Positions 14,701 to 30,497 of a stretch of 64,000 nucleotides of DNA are shown piece after piece. Location: the NCBI GenBank assembly GCA_964016885.1, contig OZ024742.1:214148001-214212000 (forward strand), given 5' to 3'. The translations under genes were made by a program, and so were the position numbers. The DNA comes from Eledone cirrhosa (lineage: Eukaryota). The notes beneath the pieces were generated by a model. That model did not search any database. It was not told where the DNA came from and saw only the letters and a list, made by a program, of their open reading frames with translations. Each line of letters opens with the position of its first letter. Position 1 is the first letter of the stretch.

Positions 14701-16134
14701 AGTTAATGCGTAAGTAAAAAAGTTACGGTGATCGATACGTGAGTGATATTCACAACTGGAATTTGATATGTAGTTTGTGATTCACACTTCCGGGATGAGT
14801 TCTTGTCAATATTTATTTTACAACCATATCATGTTAAATATATATGTTAATCTTAATAGGAAAAACTCTAAATATTATGACTAAACTTACGCCCGATTTT
14901 TCTATATTTGACGAGACGCTTGTGTGATATTGATCTAGACAGAAACGCTCTACGTAAATCGACGTCGAATTACCGACATAGAATACATGCATAAATACAT
15001 ATATATGAAAATAATTATTCAAAATATGACTTACTTCAACAATATTGAAAGGCTGCCTTTTTAGATGTTATTTAATGTCGAATAAAACATTCAAGAGAAA
15101 GATACTCTATTCTGTATACCCCAGCTCTCCAGTATCTAAAAATACTGATTGTCATATATGCAAACGTTCCTTCTCATACCAAAATATTAATGACTAATGT
15201 CAAAACAAATTAAAATACTCAATAAATTGCGAAGAACATTATCTGTAAGATTCAGGTACTGTTTCAAAATGTTAAATTTTTATGTGTTTTAGTTTTTTTT
15301 TATTAAAAAAAGTTTGTTTCCTTTATCTAATGTAGCAGATAAATCAATACATAATTTATTACAGAATATGAAAAAATTGTAAAATCACTAATAAACTAAT
15401 AAAATATAACAAACCCTTACGTAATAAGCAAAAAATAGAAACACCATTAAAAATAGCAATATTCAATGCAACAAAAAATGTGGGAAAAATAATAGAACGA
15501 ACAGCTAAAATACTGGTAAGGGCCACAAATATTTGAATTATAGGTGTACTGAGGAAAACTTCAAAAAATATTATTCGAAAATCGACTATAAAAAGGAACG
15601 ATCAATAAACCACTGAGCTTGTAGCAGCTAATTTCTACTATGGTATTAGAGTAGTATATTTGACAGTAGCCGTTCCTTTTCAGTTGAAATAGTAAATCAA
15701 GAATATAAAAAATAATGAACATCCCCCACGCTGTATTATTTTGACAGACATCAGAAAAAGTGTAGCGCTTAAAATATATATTGTGCCCACATTGCAAAAT
15801 TATTCATTTGGTGATAAGTTATCTTACTATTTAGTATTATTCACACACTTTCTTTCTCTATCACACTTTAGAGAAATGATAACACTCAAATACTATTATT
15901 ATATATAATAGCAGTTCTATAAAAAAAGTAAGTCTGCATTTTAACGATTAATATTTCTTCGCTCGGACACAGCAAATATTCAGCAACAAATGATACTGTT
16001 CAATGATTATATAGTCAACTGAACTAGATTCAATTTTGTGATTAAATACAATACCGACATGATTAATAATAACATTGCATCTGCTGTTGCTGCTGCTGCT
16101 TCTGATGATAGTGATAATGATAATAATAATTTCT

Positions 16135-18720
16135 TTTTTAGCCACAAGGGGCAACGTATAGGTGACAATACAACAGATAAGTATAGGGGCGTTTACAATA
16201 AAATCAACTAACAAGAGAAGATAGATAACAATAAACAAAACAATTTTAACTATGAACATTCCCCAATATGGTGAAGTATTATCCAGGCGTGACTCGGGAA
16301 CTCCACTATTCCTAAACAACCCTACACAGCAAGAGCACCCTACCTCGGTGTCCCTCTCCGCTCCAAATGATCCAATTTACAGGCACATGGTAAACGTAGG
16401 CCCATTCACACGGGCCATCCCCGCTACATTCAGGCATCTTATAACAAATGTACTGGGAGGCAGCATTTTTCTCTTCACTCTCAACTGCCTTTCCAAGTTG
16501 AAAAGGTTGAGGGATTGAAGCCACGTCAACTACAAAATTTCTTTCAATTTACCACCAGGCAGAGGAAAATTATAGACCCTTCCCGACCAAAAGAAGGCGA
16601 CAGAGCCATCTTCACGACGAATTCGGTCGATAGCCGCATCCGCCTTGTACGAGATAATATCTGTTCGATAAAATTACTCTTCTGTAATACACGCACACTG
16701 GATGAATGTGTGCAGAACGGTTTCGTTGTTCTGCTTGCCTCTCGGACAGGTTCGTGGGACCCCACTTCCGTACCTCTAGATTTTATTTAGAAAAGGTAGT
16801 GACACCACCCCCAAATAGCCTTGCCAAGCCAGACATTTCTGGAAGTTGTCCATAGTCCCCGGCTCAAAGGTCCCCCGCAACAGATTGATCAGTTCAATTT
16901 CGTCGACACCCCTAACCTCTCTGAGAACGTCGCTGTGCTTTCCCAAAACTAACCCTCTATAGATCTACAGAGTGGAATTTCCACTGACTACATTGCGTGT
17001 TTGGCAGTGGGCCGTGAGCACCTGGCAACATTCCAGATGCCAGTACTGCAGCTCAGTCAAAGACACGAGCTGTGGAAAGACTTGTCTCACAAACAGTGAC
17101 CACACTTGTTCACCGTTTAGCAATATCTGGAGATTTCGTAGCCTCAGCGCATGTTTGCACATCATCAGCCACAGCATGCCCAGTCCTTCACGTAGAGGGT
17201 GCTGGAGCAGATGTACCGCTCCACCAATGAAACCTGTCTATTCTACAAGATGTTGAAGAGCAGGAGTTCCTATTTGGTGAGGCGTGAACGAGGGTAAGAC
17301 ACGTGGGTTAGGCGGTAATAGATGATGGAACCGATGTAAGTGTGCGACCCCTCTGGCCGACGTATCAGGAATAGCTTCCTGTCGGCCCGTTTCTGAGTGT
17401 GAGTGGCCATCCTGCTCGTTACCTGGTCCCAGTTCTTATCCATCTGAGATTCTGGCTGAAACCAGACACCGAGCAACTTCACTGGTCCCTCTGTCCAGCA
17501 TCCGACGACACGGTTGAACGCATGGATCTCCCTCTCCAGGTGCCGAGCTGCAAACCCACATACTTTTCTCGGTTCAATTGTCCTTTCTTCAACCTTTCAT
17601 ATTCCTCTAAGAAGTTGCACAGCATCTCGATTTCCGTGGTATTTTACACCATGACGGTGAAATTGTCCGCATTTTCTAACGCGTCAATACATAGAGAAGG
17701 GACCATATTGGGCGAGATTTTCGCAGCACGCTGCATCAGTCGTTGAGTGGCGGGGCAGGCCATCCAAGTAACAACTGTAGTTCGATATTCATCTCAAACC
17801 TCTCACGCTCCCCGACCAGTCGTGTAAAATGCTGGTGAAAAGCCGCGTACATCTGCCTGAAAACGTCTAGCACGCGCAAGCCTCGGTCCGTCAAAGATCG
17901 AATTATGGTTTTGTTGGCACTTTGCGTCTCTGCTACTTGCGCCTATCGAACAGTTTTCGTTCCCACATTTCTTAGAACACTCGCCTTAACTCTGACAATT
18001 CAATCTTCGTGATTCGCATTGAAGAAATAGTCTAATGACATCCTCACCGCTAGCATGCTGGTTGCAATGCTACTTCTAATCGCCTCTTCTAATTTAGCTT
18101 CTAACATCCCCTCCTTTATATTTTTTCCACGTTACTTCTTTATTAAACGCTATTGATTCTACTCTATTCTCTCTCATTAGAGCACCTCACGCTTCTTGCT
18201 GACGACTTTTTAAATTGCTAACCTGGTCTCTGTAGGCTTGTGCACCGCTAACAACGTGTTAAGCTTCTGGTCCCTGTCAACGTATTTTATCTAGGTAGAT
18301 TGCAGTCTGAACAGGAGCATGTTTACAATTGTGGTCACCGTAAGTTATCCCTATCTGCAAACCTAATGAAAAATGTATCTATTTAGATGACTTTATGCCG
18401 TTGGTCCAGGTCCGTACTGGCGTATTGAGAAATCTAAGCAGTACCTATCAGACAGGCCGCCGTTAACACTAAATAGCGGAAAAACCCAAGAACGGCGTCC
18501 TGATGCATGAAAACTCGGGGCGTGCAGTACAGGTCGGGACGTAGACGGCCACCAGCTAAGGTATCACCTTCCCCATTGCTCGCGTCCAGGACCAACAACT
18601 TAAGGTCCAGATCGAGAAAGATCGTCGGTACTTCGTGATTCAGGACTTTCCTAAACAACATTGTCACCCCACATCTCATTCCAGTAGACATTGTCAGAAA
18701 ACCACTGTAGCGTGACGTTG
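16135..18720 (-). pseudogene. Decayed Tx1/L1-like non-LTR retrotransposon
   Basis: KLLGVWF...NWDQV...RKL (17270-17482) resembles an L1/Tx1 RT C-terminus; GVTMLFRK...LLVLD (18434-18691) resembles an APE endonuclease segment; GC-richer than flanks. Confidence 0.65.
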
Positions 18721-20819
18721 AGGACGTAAATGGTTAAAGGCGTACGAGGTTATATAAATTGTATAAAGTAATAAAAATGAAATTTTATATAGTTCTAGAA
18801 ATTATAAAAGTTACAAAAACAATAAAATTAATAAAAATTATAAAAATTATAAAGAGTAAAATGAATTATAAAAATTAGTTGTGTTACATTAAATAAATTA
18901 ATGAATTAGGAATAATAAAATAAGAGAAAATGAATTGTGAAGAAATATTAATATTAAAGTGTTGATACTTGATTATAATCAACAATTCTCGAAAGTAAAT
19001 TATTGAGTGATTAACAGGTAATCAAGCTATTTCGCGCTTATAAGTGTTTGTATTGAGGACGAATATGCGGTGCAGTGTCTCATCACCAGAGGAGACAGTC
19101 CTCATCACGGCAAAGTCCAAAGCAATAGGTTACTAGTGACTGAGTATATTAAAATAATAAAGGGAGGGGAAAATTAATTAATTAGTTAATTAATTAGTTA
19201 ATTAATTAATTAATTTCAAGCAAGCACGCAAATTATAGAACCAAATTTATTTGATCCGCGCCTTACTCAGATGGCCAAAGGTAGTCAGTCGATACCTTAA
19301 CACATACCGAAAAATGCCAACAGTAACAACGAAAATGATATGATGATAGATAACACATTACATATTCATAATTTTCTCCATGATGCGGTAAATTAAACCG
19401 AAGAAGTAACTATTAACATATAGCCACACTTAGGTAGAAAATCATGTACATAGTTGAAGATAAAACTGAAATTAAATTTAAAATTAAATAAAATAAAGCG
19501 ATTACTTGTAGAAAAGCACCCTTCGGGTGGTTTTCTGCTGGCATGTGTAGTGTGCATATTGATATTATACTCAATTATATATGCATGTAGATATGATGCG
19601 TCAAGTAAAATCGTAATTGAGAACATGCACAGAAATTGAAGAGAGACTGTCGAAATAGAGTGTCGTCTGTATTCGGTAAAGTAATCCATGATACATTACG
19701 GCAAAACTTTATGAAAACTAAAAAGGAGAAAATTAGCGAGGGAAATATAAACGTTATATAACGATGAAAATATATGAAGGTTTATATAAGCGATATAATA
19801 TAGAATAACCGGAAGTATGACATTTGAAAATATTAAAAGAAGTGAATCTTGAAATAAGCAATAAAATTATTAATATTTAACCAAGAGTTACGAAATTTAG
19901 TACATAAATTATGTAATATTCATTCATTATTTATTCCTAGCAATCCAATTTATTTTACAAAGGGGATAACAAAAATATTCAGGACGCAGTTCCACACTCC
20001 TCCCTTTATTATATTATGATTGATTAGCAGGGTTGTTTAATATTATACGGAGTAAATCATGGTGTGTAATATGATGTAGTTAATTATATGCTATAAGATG
20101 AAATATGATAAATATAAAAATTATAAAAGTAAGGTGTAGATACATTTCAAGTATTAATGAACAATAACGAAGGTTAATCAGTGAATAATTACGTGGGTAG
20201 ATTAGGGGTGGTGGAGGACTTTCTGAATTGGGGGGCAAATTTGGTCAATTTAGTCGTAGTGATTAGATTAGCTCTAAAATGGTCAGCAAACTTCGATATG
20301 CGATAAACATAACATGTACACAAATGGTAGCGATTATCCAAATAGGTGTGTGTTTTGGTAGAGAAAAATATAATTATTGGTAGTGGGGGAGACCCGACTG
20401 CCTTCCCACCAGTTCCGCAGCCCCTGTATATATAAATATATATATATATAATGTAAAAAAAAAAAAAATGCTCTGTACTCTTTCCTAAGGGGTTGATATA
20501 TCGCGCTTCTTCGCATTTGGTAATAAACTAGTATCATATCCAATAGGCTATTGGTGGGCTGTGGAACTCTAAAGTTTCACCTGGGCACTCACAGGATCAG
20601 CAGTGATGTCTGATGTTCCTGTAAGTACACACGTCAAACTCTAGAGTAACAAGGCTCATCACTTAGCCATAATAAATGAGTATTGAGTTTTCATTCTTAC
20701 TTCCGACAATAATTCACATACTCACAGGTCTAATTATTTTATAATCCCATATTCACGAACATAAACTATGCAATTACTAATTCCCCAAAACCCCTCCATT
20801 CTGACCCATCCTATTATTT

Positions 20820-21690
20820 GGGACGACCCTCTCTATGTCTACTACACGGCACTCCCCCATTATCCTTTCTCTATATATACAACCACCAAATTCTTCCCCT
20901 CTCTATATCTAACATACAAAACACTCTCCCAATCCCTCTTTTTATATCAACTTTCTTTATATCCAAATCTCTCCCTCGGCATCTTTACCACACTCACCCG
21001 TAATCATTGTCTCTCTATCCATTACAAACTTCCCCTTTATAACTTTTGCGATACTGTCTCTCCCAATCCCCTTCTCTACATTTATCAATGTTTATCTCTC
21101 CCAACTCCCTCATTATATCTACAAGCATTGAAATACACACCTCTCTATATCTACTACACAACACTCTCTCTCCCAATCTCCTTCTATATATCAATTACCA
21201 CCAAATTATTCCACTCTCTATATCTACCATACAACACTCTCTCTCATTCTCTCTCGCTCTATCCATCACTACCAAACTCTTCGCATCTCTATATCTACCA
21301 ATACTTATCTGCATCAATCCTCTCACTCTATTTATTATTACCAAATTCTCCCCCTCTTCTTATCTACTACATGAAACTCTCTTCCAATACCCTCCACTAT
21401 ATCAATTTACACCAAACTCTCTACCTCTCTATATCAATTAACACCAAACTCTCCCCTTCTCTATATCTACTATATGGAACGCTCTTCCAATCTCCCTCTC
21501 TATATCAAGTATCACCAAACTCTACCCCTCTCTATATCTACTCTACGGTACTCTCTTCCAATTCCTCTCTCTATATCAACAAACATCAATCTACCCCCTC
21601 TCTCTATCTAATATACAACACACTCGCGCAGCCTTCCTCTCTTTATCAATTACCACGAAACTCTCCCCCTCTCTATAGCTCTATCTATCT
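20820..21690. repeat. Degenerate C/T-rich minisatellite (~30/60-bp periodicity)
   Basis: Recurrent CTCTCTATATCAATTACCACCAAACTCTCCCC and CTCTATATCTAC motifs. Confidence 0.75.
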
Positions 21691-23148
21691 CTCCCATCGA
21701 TCTGTTCATACATGTACATAAATGTAGCGCCTATACAAATATATGTTATGGTATTTTGAGGTGGTAGGGGTGCATGGCGTTTCTGTGAATGAAACTTCTT
21801 TATGACAATATATAATGAAATTTTGTGAAAAATCACACATAATTTCTGTAAACCTATACTTGTTAAGTCTGAGTGTCTTTAGCTCTGTTTAAGGGGATAT
21901 AAATGATTGTAACTATGATAAAATGAAACTTGAATTTCAGAAACCTTATATAATATCTCTAAATATATCGATATGGGATTATTATGTGTTGCTCACGGAT
22001 GAGAAAGAACGGTTCGGAATCATCAGTTTAAAGAAAAATATATGAAAAAGCTGCTCATAAAAAGAATTGTTAGATCACACAATACTGAACAGTTATATAA
22101 GAACAGAAACATGTTAAAATAAATTAATAATTAAAATAACCAGCTGTGAATAAAGCTGCTTAAAAAGATACACGAGTCAGAAAAATTATTGTGAGGCATA
22201 TAGGAGGTTTATAGAAAATATATTCTGCTATACAGGTCTAATTTGAGTATTCTAATTTAATTGAAACGAGTTTTATAATAAAACTTTCCTCGTGCTATTT
22301 GTATGTAGAGACATTTTTGTGTTCTTCTGAAAAGAGAAAAAAGCCAGCTGTAGCTAGTAAATCTCTTCAGTTTGATAAGTCATATTGACAGAAACATTGT
22401 AAAGTTATTATTTTAAGCAGGTTTGCTATTATTTAATGTCTTTTGTGCGGCCTTTCCAACTGCATCCTAATGAAGCGTGAATAACCTTTTTAGGAATTTT
22501 CAACACTGCAATTGAATATAAAGCAGGGTGAAGTATGAGAAGAAATGGAAATGAAAAGCAAAGCAAACGAGTGCGTTTTAATTTGAAATATCATTTTTTC
22601 TATGTTATATGTTGCAGCAGGCACGTGAACATTCATTCAGAAATTACGCGTTTGCACAAATACAGAGCTTATTTCATGAACCACTAGACATGAAAAAAAA
22701 TGCTGAAGGAGTATATATATATAGACGTAAAAGCACACGCGCACACCCATATGTATGCATATAGATTCATAATATTTATTGTATGCGAAGTTATATACGA
22801 TATGTTTATGCATAATAAACATCTAGCTATGAGAATAGAAAATCTGTGATCCTCTCAGGGAAAATTCAGTAGCCACGTGTTTTAGGATTCTTTAATACAT
22901 CATTTTTTAATACGGCATATATACTTTTTGCCTATGAAACATTTTATCTGAATACAGCTCTATTATGGTTCGCGCTATGTTCGTACTACTGCAAATTAAT
23001 CCCAGCCAAGACCAGTACGCACTTTGCATACATGAACTTCTTTAACACGGAATTTACGCTCGAGATTATATAAGATATAACGTTTTTAACCTGAGTGATT
23101 TAATGTCACCGATGAATTAAGAAATCCTTAAACACTATTGATTGGCAT

Positions 23149-23274
<126 letters not shown>

Positions 23275-23499
23275 GGTAAAAGTGGTAAGTTATACTGCCA
23301 TACACCCACACACACACAGACACACACTCAGACCAAGGGTAAAATATCAGATGAAGTAAGCTTTGCTAAGAAAATTTCATGCTCAATGTAGTCGACTCAA
23401 ATCATCATAGGTCTGATATTTACAGTATTTGGAATCGGATTGCCAGTAAATTATGACGATTGAAGATAAAATCTTCTATACCCAGTTACAGTAGATGTT

Positions 23500-25400
23500 G
23501 CTTTAAATCCAATTTGGTGAAATCATTGAAAATGTCTCTTTCTCTAAAACATGTCTTTGCTCTCCTAAATAAAAACTTCCCACCAAACCATAAATACCAT
23601 CAATGTCTAAAACATTCTTTGCTATCCTAGAGAAAAACTTCCCACCAAACCATCAAGTTTTAAATAGATCTACTGTCAAATTTTCCTACTCCACTAACAA
23701 GAATATACAACAGAATATAAGTGCTTACAACACATATAAGTGAAAAAGAACATAAATATACCACCAACACATCAAACCAACCATAATAATACTAAAGTAA
23801 ACCAAAACAAACGACCTTCTTCTTCACCTATAATCTCCACACCAATTTTGACTAATAATCTCCAAAACAAACAGAACTCTACTAGCTCCACATCCCCCAA
23901 ACTATCACCCACCAACAACCTGTCTAACCATACTAATCTAATTACAACCCATTCTAAACCATACATTAATGAAAATAGTAACACTAATACCACTATATAT
24001 AATACAATTAACTCTCCTGATACAATATTTACGAATGGCTGTAACTGTAGAATCAAAAGAAATTGCCTATTAAAGGGAAATTGTCTTATTAATAACATAG
24101 TCTATGAATCTGTAATTAGCACTAAGGACTCCACTCAATCCTATATACGAGCTACGTCTAACCAATTTAAAGTAAGATTTAATACCCACAAACATAGTTT
24201 TAAAAATGCCGCATTAGCTAATACAACCTCCTTGGCAGAAGCAATTAATAATTATAGAAAGAAGGACATTGATTACAACCTGACCTGGAGCGTACTCAAA
24301 AGAGCCATCCTTATCAAAATAGCAGATATCATGAAATCATGAAATCTAATGATATCCTATTAAATAAGCGACACGAGTTAATTATATCATGCAATCATAG
24401 AATTAGAAAACCCCTCAAATATTATAAACTTAATTAATATATACCTCACTCTTATATTTTACAAATTATTATAATTAATTAAAAAAAAAACTTTTTAAAT
24501 TTAGTTAACCTATAATTAGATATTTACTACAAAGAATTTCATAATTTTATTTCCCTCTTGCAGCTCACTTTAACTAAAATTATCTTTAACCTCACTACTT
24601 CTTTTAACCGCATCCCCTATCTATCACATTTAATACCTAGGATTAGTAAATATAATTAATATCTTTAATATTATGGATGTTTAGATAGATACACTACTTT
24701 TTATAAAATTTCATCTATTTCAATCTTTCTCTATATATATTTTTTTAATTTTTTAATTTTTTTACTTCTTTATTTATCACACTCATAAGAATTAATATAA
24801 TTTTAACTCTGTAAGTATACCTATCAATTAATTTAATTTCCTTTTATGTAGCTAGGTTCCTTGAAATTTAAACAGGAGTAGTATTTCTCACTAACACTCT
24901 CATCCCATAAAACATTATTTTCCCTTCACTTTTAACAACATTCTTAAATAACATCAATTTTTTTTGGGGGGGGGGAGAATCCTTCAATATCTCATTGACT
25001 TGACCTCATTTTATCCCCTATCTTTATCTTCCCCACTGTAATCTTTTCATTCAAAGCAAAAATTTACATTCTTCCACTCCTAGCATAAAGTTTCTACTAC
25101 TGTTATTCTATCAATTTGACCCCTAACTCTTTTCTATTGGTCAATTCAAAACCTGTTCCCAAACAGACTTTTTATATTAATACTTTTTTTCTTTTAATAA
25201 ACATACTTCGTCATTTCTGAAGATGGCATATATAAGTGAAGGTGTGTATATCTCCTCTGATAATTTGTAATATTTTTTTACAAAGATATACATACAAACA
25301 CACACATATATATCCCAGAAACGATCGTAAAATGATGATTTTTTCAATATAAGGAACCTGTTCTTTGTTTTTATTTCCTTGTTTTTATTAATATATATAT
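23500..25400 (+). mobile_element. PLE family B-like 3' remnant (GIY-YIG + 3' UTR + HHR)
   Basis: ORF 23740-24342 has CNCRIKRNCLLKGNC...NIVY...SYIRATSNQFKVRFNTHKHSF, homologous to 53961-54791; HHR at 25208-25338; ends in (TA)n. Confidence 0.8.
25208..25338 (+). ncRNA. Type I hammerhead ribozyme with long stem II
   Basis: TCGTCATTT-CTGAAGA-[~95 nt stem II]-GAAA-CGATCG-TA^AAATGATGA; 9-bp stem I, palindromic stem III. Confidence 0.75.
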
Positions 25401-25412
25401 ATATATATATAT

Positions 25413-27140
25413 ATCGTTTCTGAATTTGTTTAGCAAGATTCTTTATCTGAAAACGTGTGTTGAAACCGATATTGTTATACTTTGGGAGGGTCATGTTGCC
25501 AATAAGAAACACATGCACCAGTTGCTTTCACTTCAATTTATTATAATAAATTTATAAATTTCCGGTTGGTTGGTTCCACAACCAGGTAGTTGTTTATATA
25601 TTGTCAAAGTTCTTTCGTCACACATTCTTCTGTGACCTCTTCAGTGACTGGGATTCTTTTCTTTGTTTTTGTGCCTCTCCTTTGTTCTGTCCTACGCCAT
25701 TTTGTTTCTGTGTGTGTGTTGTGTGCCAGTCTACGCATGCGCCACATCCGGGTGTCTGTTTATATTCGTTTATTTATTTGTTTATTTACATGTTACAGGT
25801 TGGTTGTTTTTTCTATGTGCGTGTGTGTTTTCATTTTGTCCTTAATTGTAAGTTGTGATGTTGCTGTTCCACTCATATTTTCTATTGAATTTTGGTTGTA
25901 ATTCTTTTATGTTTATTGCCTCTGTGATTTGTCTAAACATTGCGTCTTTTCTGTGTGTAGATTCTATTTTTATTTCTATGTTCTCTAATTTACCCTTATG
26001 TTCTATTTCAACATGTTGATGATTCTTTACTATCTTGAAGGTCTCGCCAGTTTTCATTTCTCCTTTCCCCTGCACTACGAGCTGTCTCACCTATGTACAC
26101 TGTATTTTTGTCTCTACATTCTCCTTCAGTACATCTAATGCTATATACTACATTTCTAGTTTTACAGTTAATATGGGGGCTTAATTTACAGATTATACAT
26201 TTCTTATCTATACAGGGGGAGGGGGGTTCTTTGAAAAGGGTATGTCTTGCTAATAAGTGTTTTTACGGAGGTACCTGGTCTTTCTACTATCTTAATATTG
26301 AGTTTATGTTTATCTAGGGCCCTTCTAAATTTGTAAGCTAATTCACCTCTAGGGGTTGTATCGATGAACATTACACTCTGGTATTTATTGCTATCATACC
26401 ATGAGTTTATTCTATTAACCTTATTCGTAGTTCTTTCTATTCTATTCCAAAATTTGTTCCTATACAAGGGGCAGGTCCCATTTGTGTCATTATTTACCAT
26501 TTTTTCCCATTTGGTTCTGGCTCCTCTATACACTCTCATTTTATCTCTCTGATTGTAACCAGAGAACTGCATACGGTAGATGAAGTGTTGTATGTGTCTC
26601 TCTAGTTCTTCGGGGTTGCATATGCGGGAGACGTTTCTCATCACCCGTACCAAATCCGCAATCAGTATGTTGATTTTGGTATGGTCCGAAACAGCTGAGT
26701 TTCGGTGGATCAGATATTTGGAAGTCGTGGGTTTGGCATAATGGGAATGGAGGATTTGTTTTTTGTTATTAATGGTATCTAACCAGAGCTCTGTGTCTAG
26801 TACATGTAATCGACGGTTGGGGTGTTTACTTGGGTAGTCTATAGTAACTCTAATACTCTGGTGGATGGAGTTAGTTATTTGTGGGATGCTTTCCATTGTG
26901 TTTTTCTCTAATTCCTGACTGTTCTCTAGTGGGGGTGTTTTAACTACGATGTTTATATCATCAACGTAGCGGGAGTACATTATCAGGTTTAAGGGGTCTT
27001 CTAATTGTTCTTTAAGTTTAAGTTTAAGTCTACTGTCCCACCATACCATGAATAACTTAGCTATGTCGCCTGCAATACTACTACCAATGGCTGCTCCTTC
27101 CTCTTGGGCATATGTTTTTCCATTAAATTTGAACATATGT
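25413..27140 (-). mobile_element. PLE family A, 5'-truncated (RT + GIY-YIG + pLTR)
   Basis: ORF 26204-27136 has GAAIGSSIAG..LFMVWWD and YSRYVDD; the endonuclease part is frameshifted; pLTR 25413-25860 is shared with the copies at 50885 and 59404. Confidence 0.9.
25603..25648 (-). ncRNA. Minimal hammerhead in family A pLTR
   Basis: Minus strand GTCA-CTGAAGA-G-GTCACA..TGTGAC-GAAA-GAAC-TT^TGAC. Confidence 0.65.
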
Positions 27141-27145
27141 TAAAT

Positions 27146-27195
<50 letters not shown>

Positions 27196-27237
27196 ATAAT
27201 ATTAATAAATGGAAACTATCTTTATAAAACCATATAT

Positions 27238-27296
27238 ATTTTATTATATACATTTCAAGGGTACCAGTCTTTTGGTACGCTATCGTCAGATAAAAT
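27238..27296 (-). ncRNA. Type I hammerhead, family C
   Basis: Minus strand ATTTTAT-CTGACGA-TAGCGTACCA..TGGTACCCTT-GAAA-TGTATA-TA^ATAAAAT. Confidence 0.75.
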
Positions 27297-27772
27297 ACAA
27301 TAATAGGTTTACAGATAATGACATATCTAATGACATATCTACAGATAATGACATATCTTATTTGTTTAAAAGAAAAGAAAAGAAAAGAAAAGAGAGGTTT
27401 GCTATTAAAGTTTAAGAAAAAATTGAATAAATAATTTTAATATATGTATATATATAAATTTGAAGAAAAAATTGAATAAATAATATTAATATATGTATAT
27501 ATATAAATTTGAAGAAAGAATTGAATAAAAAAATGTTTAATATATATATATATATCAAATAATGGTAGTTAAGACGGGATTATATCAGCATAAATGTTTA
27601 TTGCATCATATATATTTCTGTTAGACGGTTATTCATGCGACTTCGTCAGATGCTTACCCAATCATTGGTGCAGTCATGTAATCATTGTGATATGTCGGTG
27701 GCTTTGCACGTCCATCCAGTAGTGAAGTGCCTCGGTATATTATGATTTACCGCAGTTTTAACTACCATCACT

Positions 27773-27953
27773 TGACAGTATCGGTGGAGGGTCGGACGCC
27801 ATGATTTCCAGCATAGAGTTACATCCCTTTAAGGACTGAGTTTGAATCCCTCAGAGGTTAACTTTGCCTTTCATCCTTACAGGGTCAATACAATAAAGTA
27901 CCAGTAATGCACTGGAATAACTGGTGGCTTTGTGCCAAAATTAGAAACACTTA
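27773..27953 (+). mobile_element. tRNA-derived SINE
   Basis: Diverged copy of 8767-8948. Confidence 0.8.
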
Positions 27954-28123
27954 TTTGTTAAATGATTCCTCCATCACTCATTATCACCTACCTGGGATAA
28001 ACTACTGACGTGTAGTTATCTGGGTCGCTAAGACCTGCTTATCATCAGGAAGTTACAACGTAACAACTACGATAAACAACACTCTTCTGCAATACCCCCC
28101 CCCCCCCCCCCCCACCCACCCAC

Positions 28124-28335
<212 letters not shown>

Positions 28336-30345
28336 ATTATTTCAGAATAATAAATAGCTGCAGAAAAGTGTAACAAAATAAATATAGATACCTTGATATA
28401 TCTTTATATTTTCCTAAAGCACGAGAATATATGTAGGCGAATATATACAAATTAAAGTAGGCTACGTCAAGGTTTAATTCTAGTATGTCGAATTACAAAA
28501 AAAAAAAAAACATGTAAAGTAATATGAAAATATTCATTAGCTTTTCTCAGCTAGACAGGTGACCTGTTCATGGTCAGAGAAATTCTATGATGTTAACGCC
28601 TTTCCGAATTGTATCAGAATTGCCACAAGTAAAGTAAAAAAAAAATGACTTCAACCAAAGATAGATTATATTCCGGTTTCAACTCAGTGTTTACTCCTAG
28701 CTGGAATATGGAAATTATCATCCGGAATGAGAATATGAAAATAAATTGTAATTCTCCTAATGATTTAACATAAAAATGCAAACGATCAAGCTATCTCATG
28801 AATTTCATTTTATTTGAAAATTCAATCTTATTTCATACTTAGGTAACTCATTTATGGTCAAAGTTTAACAAACGACTTGCACAATATCATTCACCCGGTA
28901 CGAATGCAGCGATTGATATAGACCAACTTTTGTGTGATTCCTTATCAAGGCAAGAAATTAAAGATTATATTTATATAAAATCATAAACAAATAAACAAGC
29001 AGAATGATTTACGTGATTTACCAAAACTTGAAACTGCGTTGTGGCTTCAGTTCAATTTACCCTATAGGACGTTCTAAACTTCAATTAAACGTTGATTGTG
29101 TTAGAAAACTTTTTGCAAGATTGGTATTGTCGTAGGTTTGACAAGCCATTAATGAATTCAATTACATTATAATGTAAAGCCTGTGAATTCATATGAACAA
29201 GATAATGTAACAACATAAACAATGAATAGTTAATAGAAATATATCAACAATTTGATGAGTGAGACGAATGTTGTTATCAGGTAAAAAAAAAAAAACGAAG
29301 CGAAAAAGAAATTGTGCATAAAACGATTTATAATGAAAATGAGTTCTGTAAAAGCACGCTTGTTATAGAAAAAGCAGCAAAGCAATAAAATAAAATTTAA
29401 ACTAGAAAAAACAACTACAAAAAATTAACAAACAAAAATAACAAATGTTGTATTTAACATCAACAAAGGTAATATGGAAATTTTCTAGCATAAATATATT
29501 TAGGAGGAAAATTAGAAAAGCGAAACATTTTTTTCTTTAAGCGAGACTGAAAATTTGAGAAAGAGAACATCATATTTTTGTTTAAAAGCCATCATAATTT
29601 GTTGCAGAAATATGAGCTTTTGCACAAGTTTAATTGGCTAATGTAGAATACATTGGATTACTAAATCTTTCTTTGTGAGTTCGAAATGCCGGCAGGTTTC
29701 GTTTCCACATTGAGACGGATATCTCAAAGTGGCATAAGATCAAACGGAAAGTCGATTATAAGCAGGTTTATTGAGAGGACCGTGTTTCATATGTTTAACG
29801 CTCTTGAAAAAAGAAACAAAACAACTGATAAATGAATTTAAAGTATCATGGGAAGATTTATAACTTTTCAAGCAAGAATCTATGCGAACACATGTTCCGT
29901 AATGGTTCCGAAATATTACGAGCATTAACCATGTTGCTGGGTCAATTCAATTTAAATTCTTCGATTATTTTAGTAGAATTGTATATTGAATTTCTGAAGA
30001 TTTCAATTTCTGCATGCATATGTTTTTGTTGCATCTAAGATTCTGAAAATGACTAGCCCACTATGTTCCAGAAAAGCGTAACCGAGCGATATTTTGGAAT
30101 CTTTAATGGGAGTGGTAGTAAACAATTAAGTAAGGGTTAATTAACTTTGTGTGTGTGTGTGTGTGCGTGTATGTGTGGTGTTCTGGTGGGGGCTGGGCTT
30201 TGTATGTACGCATGTATACTTTTAATGTTTACTGTTTTTCTGGTCTCAGTCTCTTGGTTATTTAATCGACCTCCATCTAAAATTTAATTTAACGTTTCAT
30301 GCAAGACAATTAATAACATAAAAGACACACACACACACACACAAA

Positions 30346-30346
30346 C

Positions 30347-30379
<33 letters not shown>

Positions 30380-30427
30380 GAGAGAGTGAGAGAGAGAGAG
30401 AGAGGGAGAGAGAAAGAGAGAGAGAAA

Positions 30428-30493
<66 letters not shown>
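30346..30493. repeat. (GA)n microsatellite
   Basis: Direct observation. Confidence 0.95.

Positions 30494-30497
<4 letters not shown>

Noticed and set aside
20768-21721. 317-aa ORF
   Set aside because: Open only because the C/T-rich minisatellite lacks stops on this strand; no recognisable domain.
27603-27653. Minus-strand CTGACGA...GAAATATATATG motif
   Set aside because: Cleavage position is G and stem II is poor; not counted as a functional HHR.
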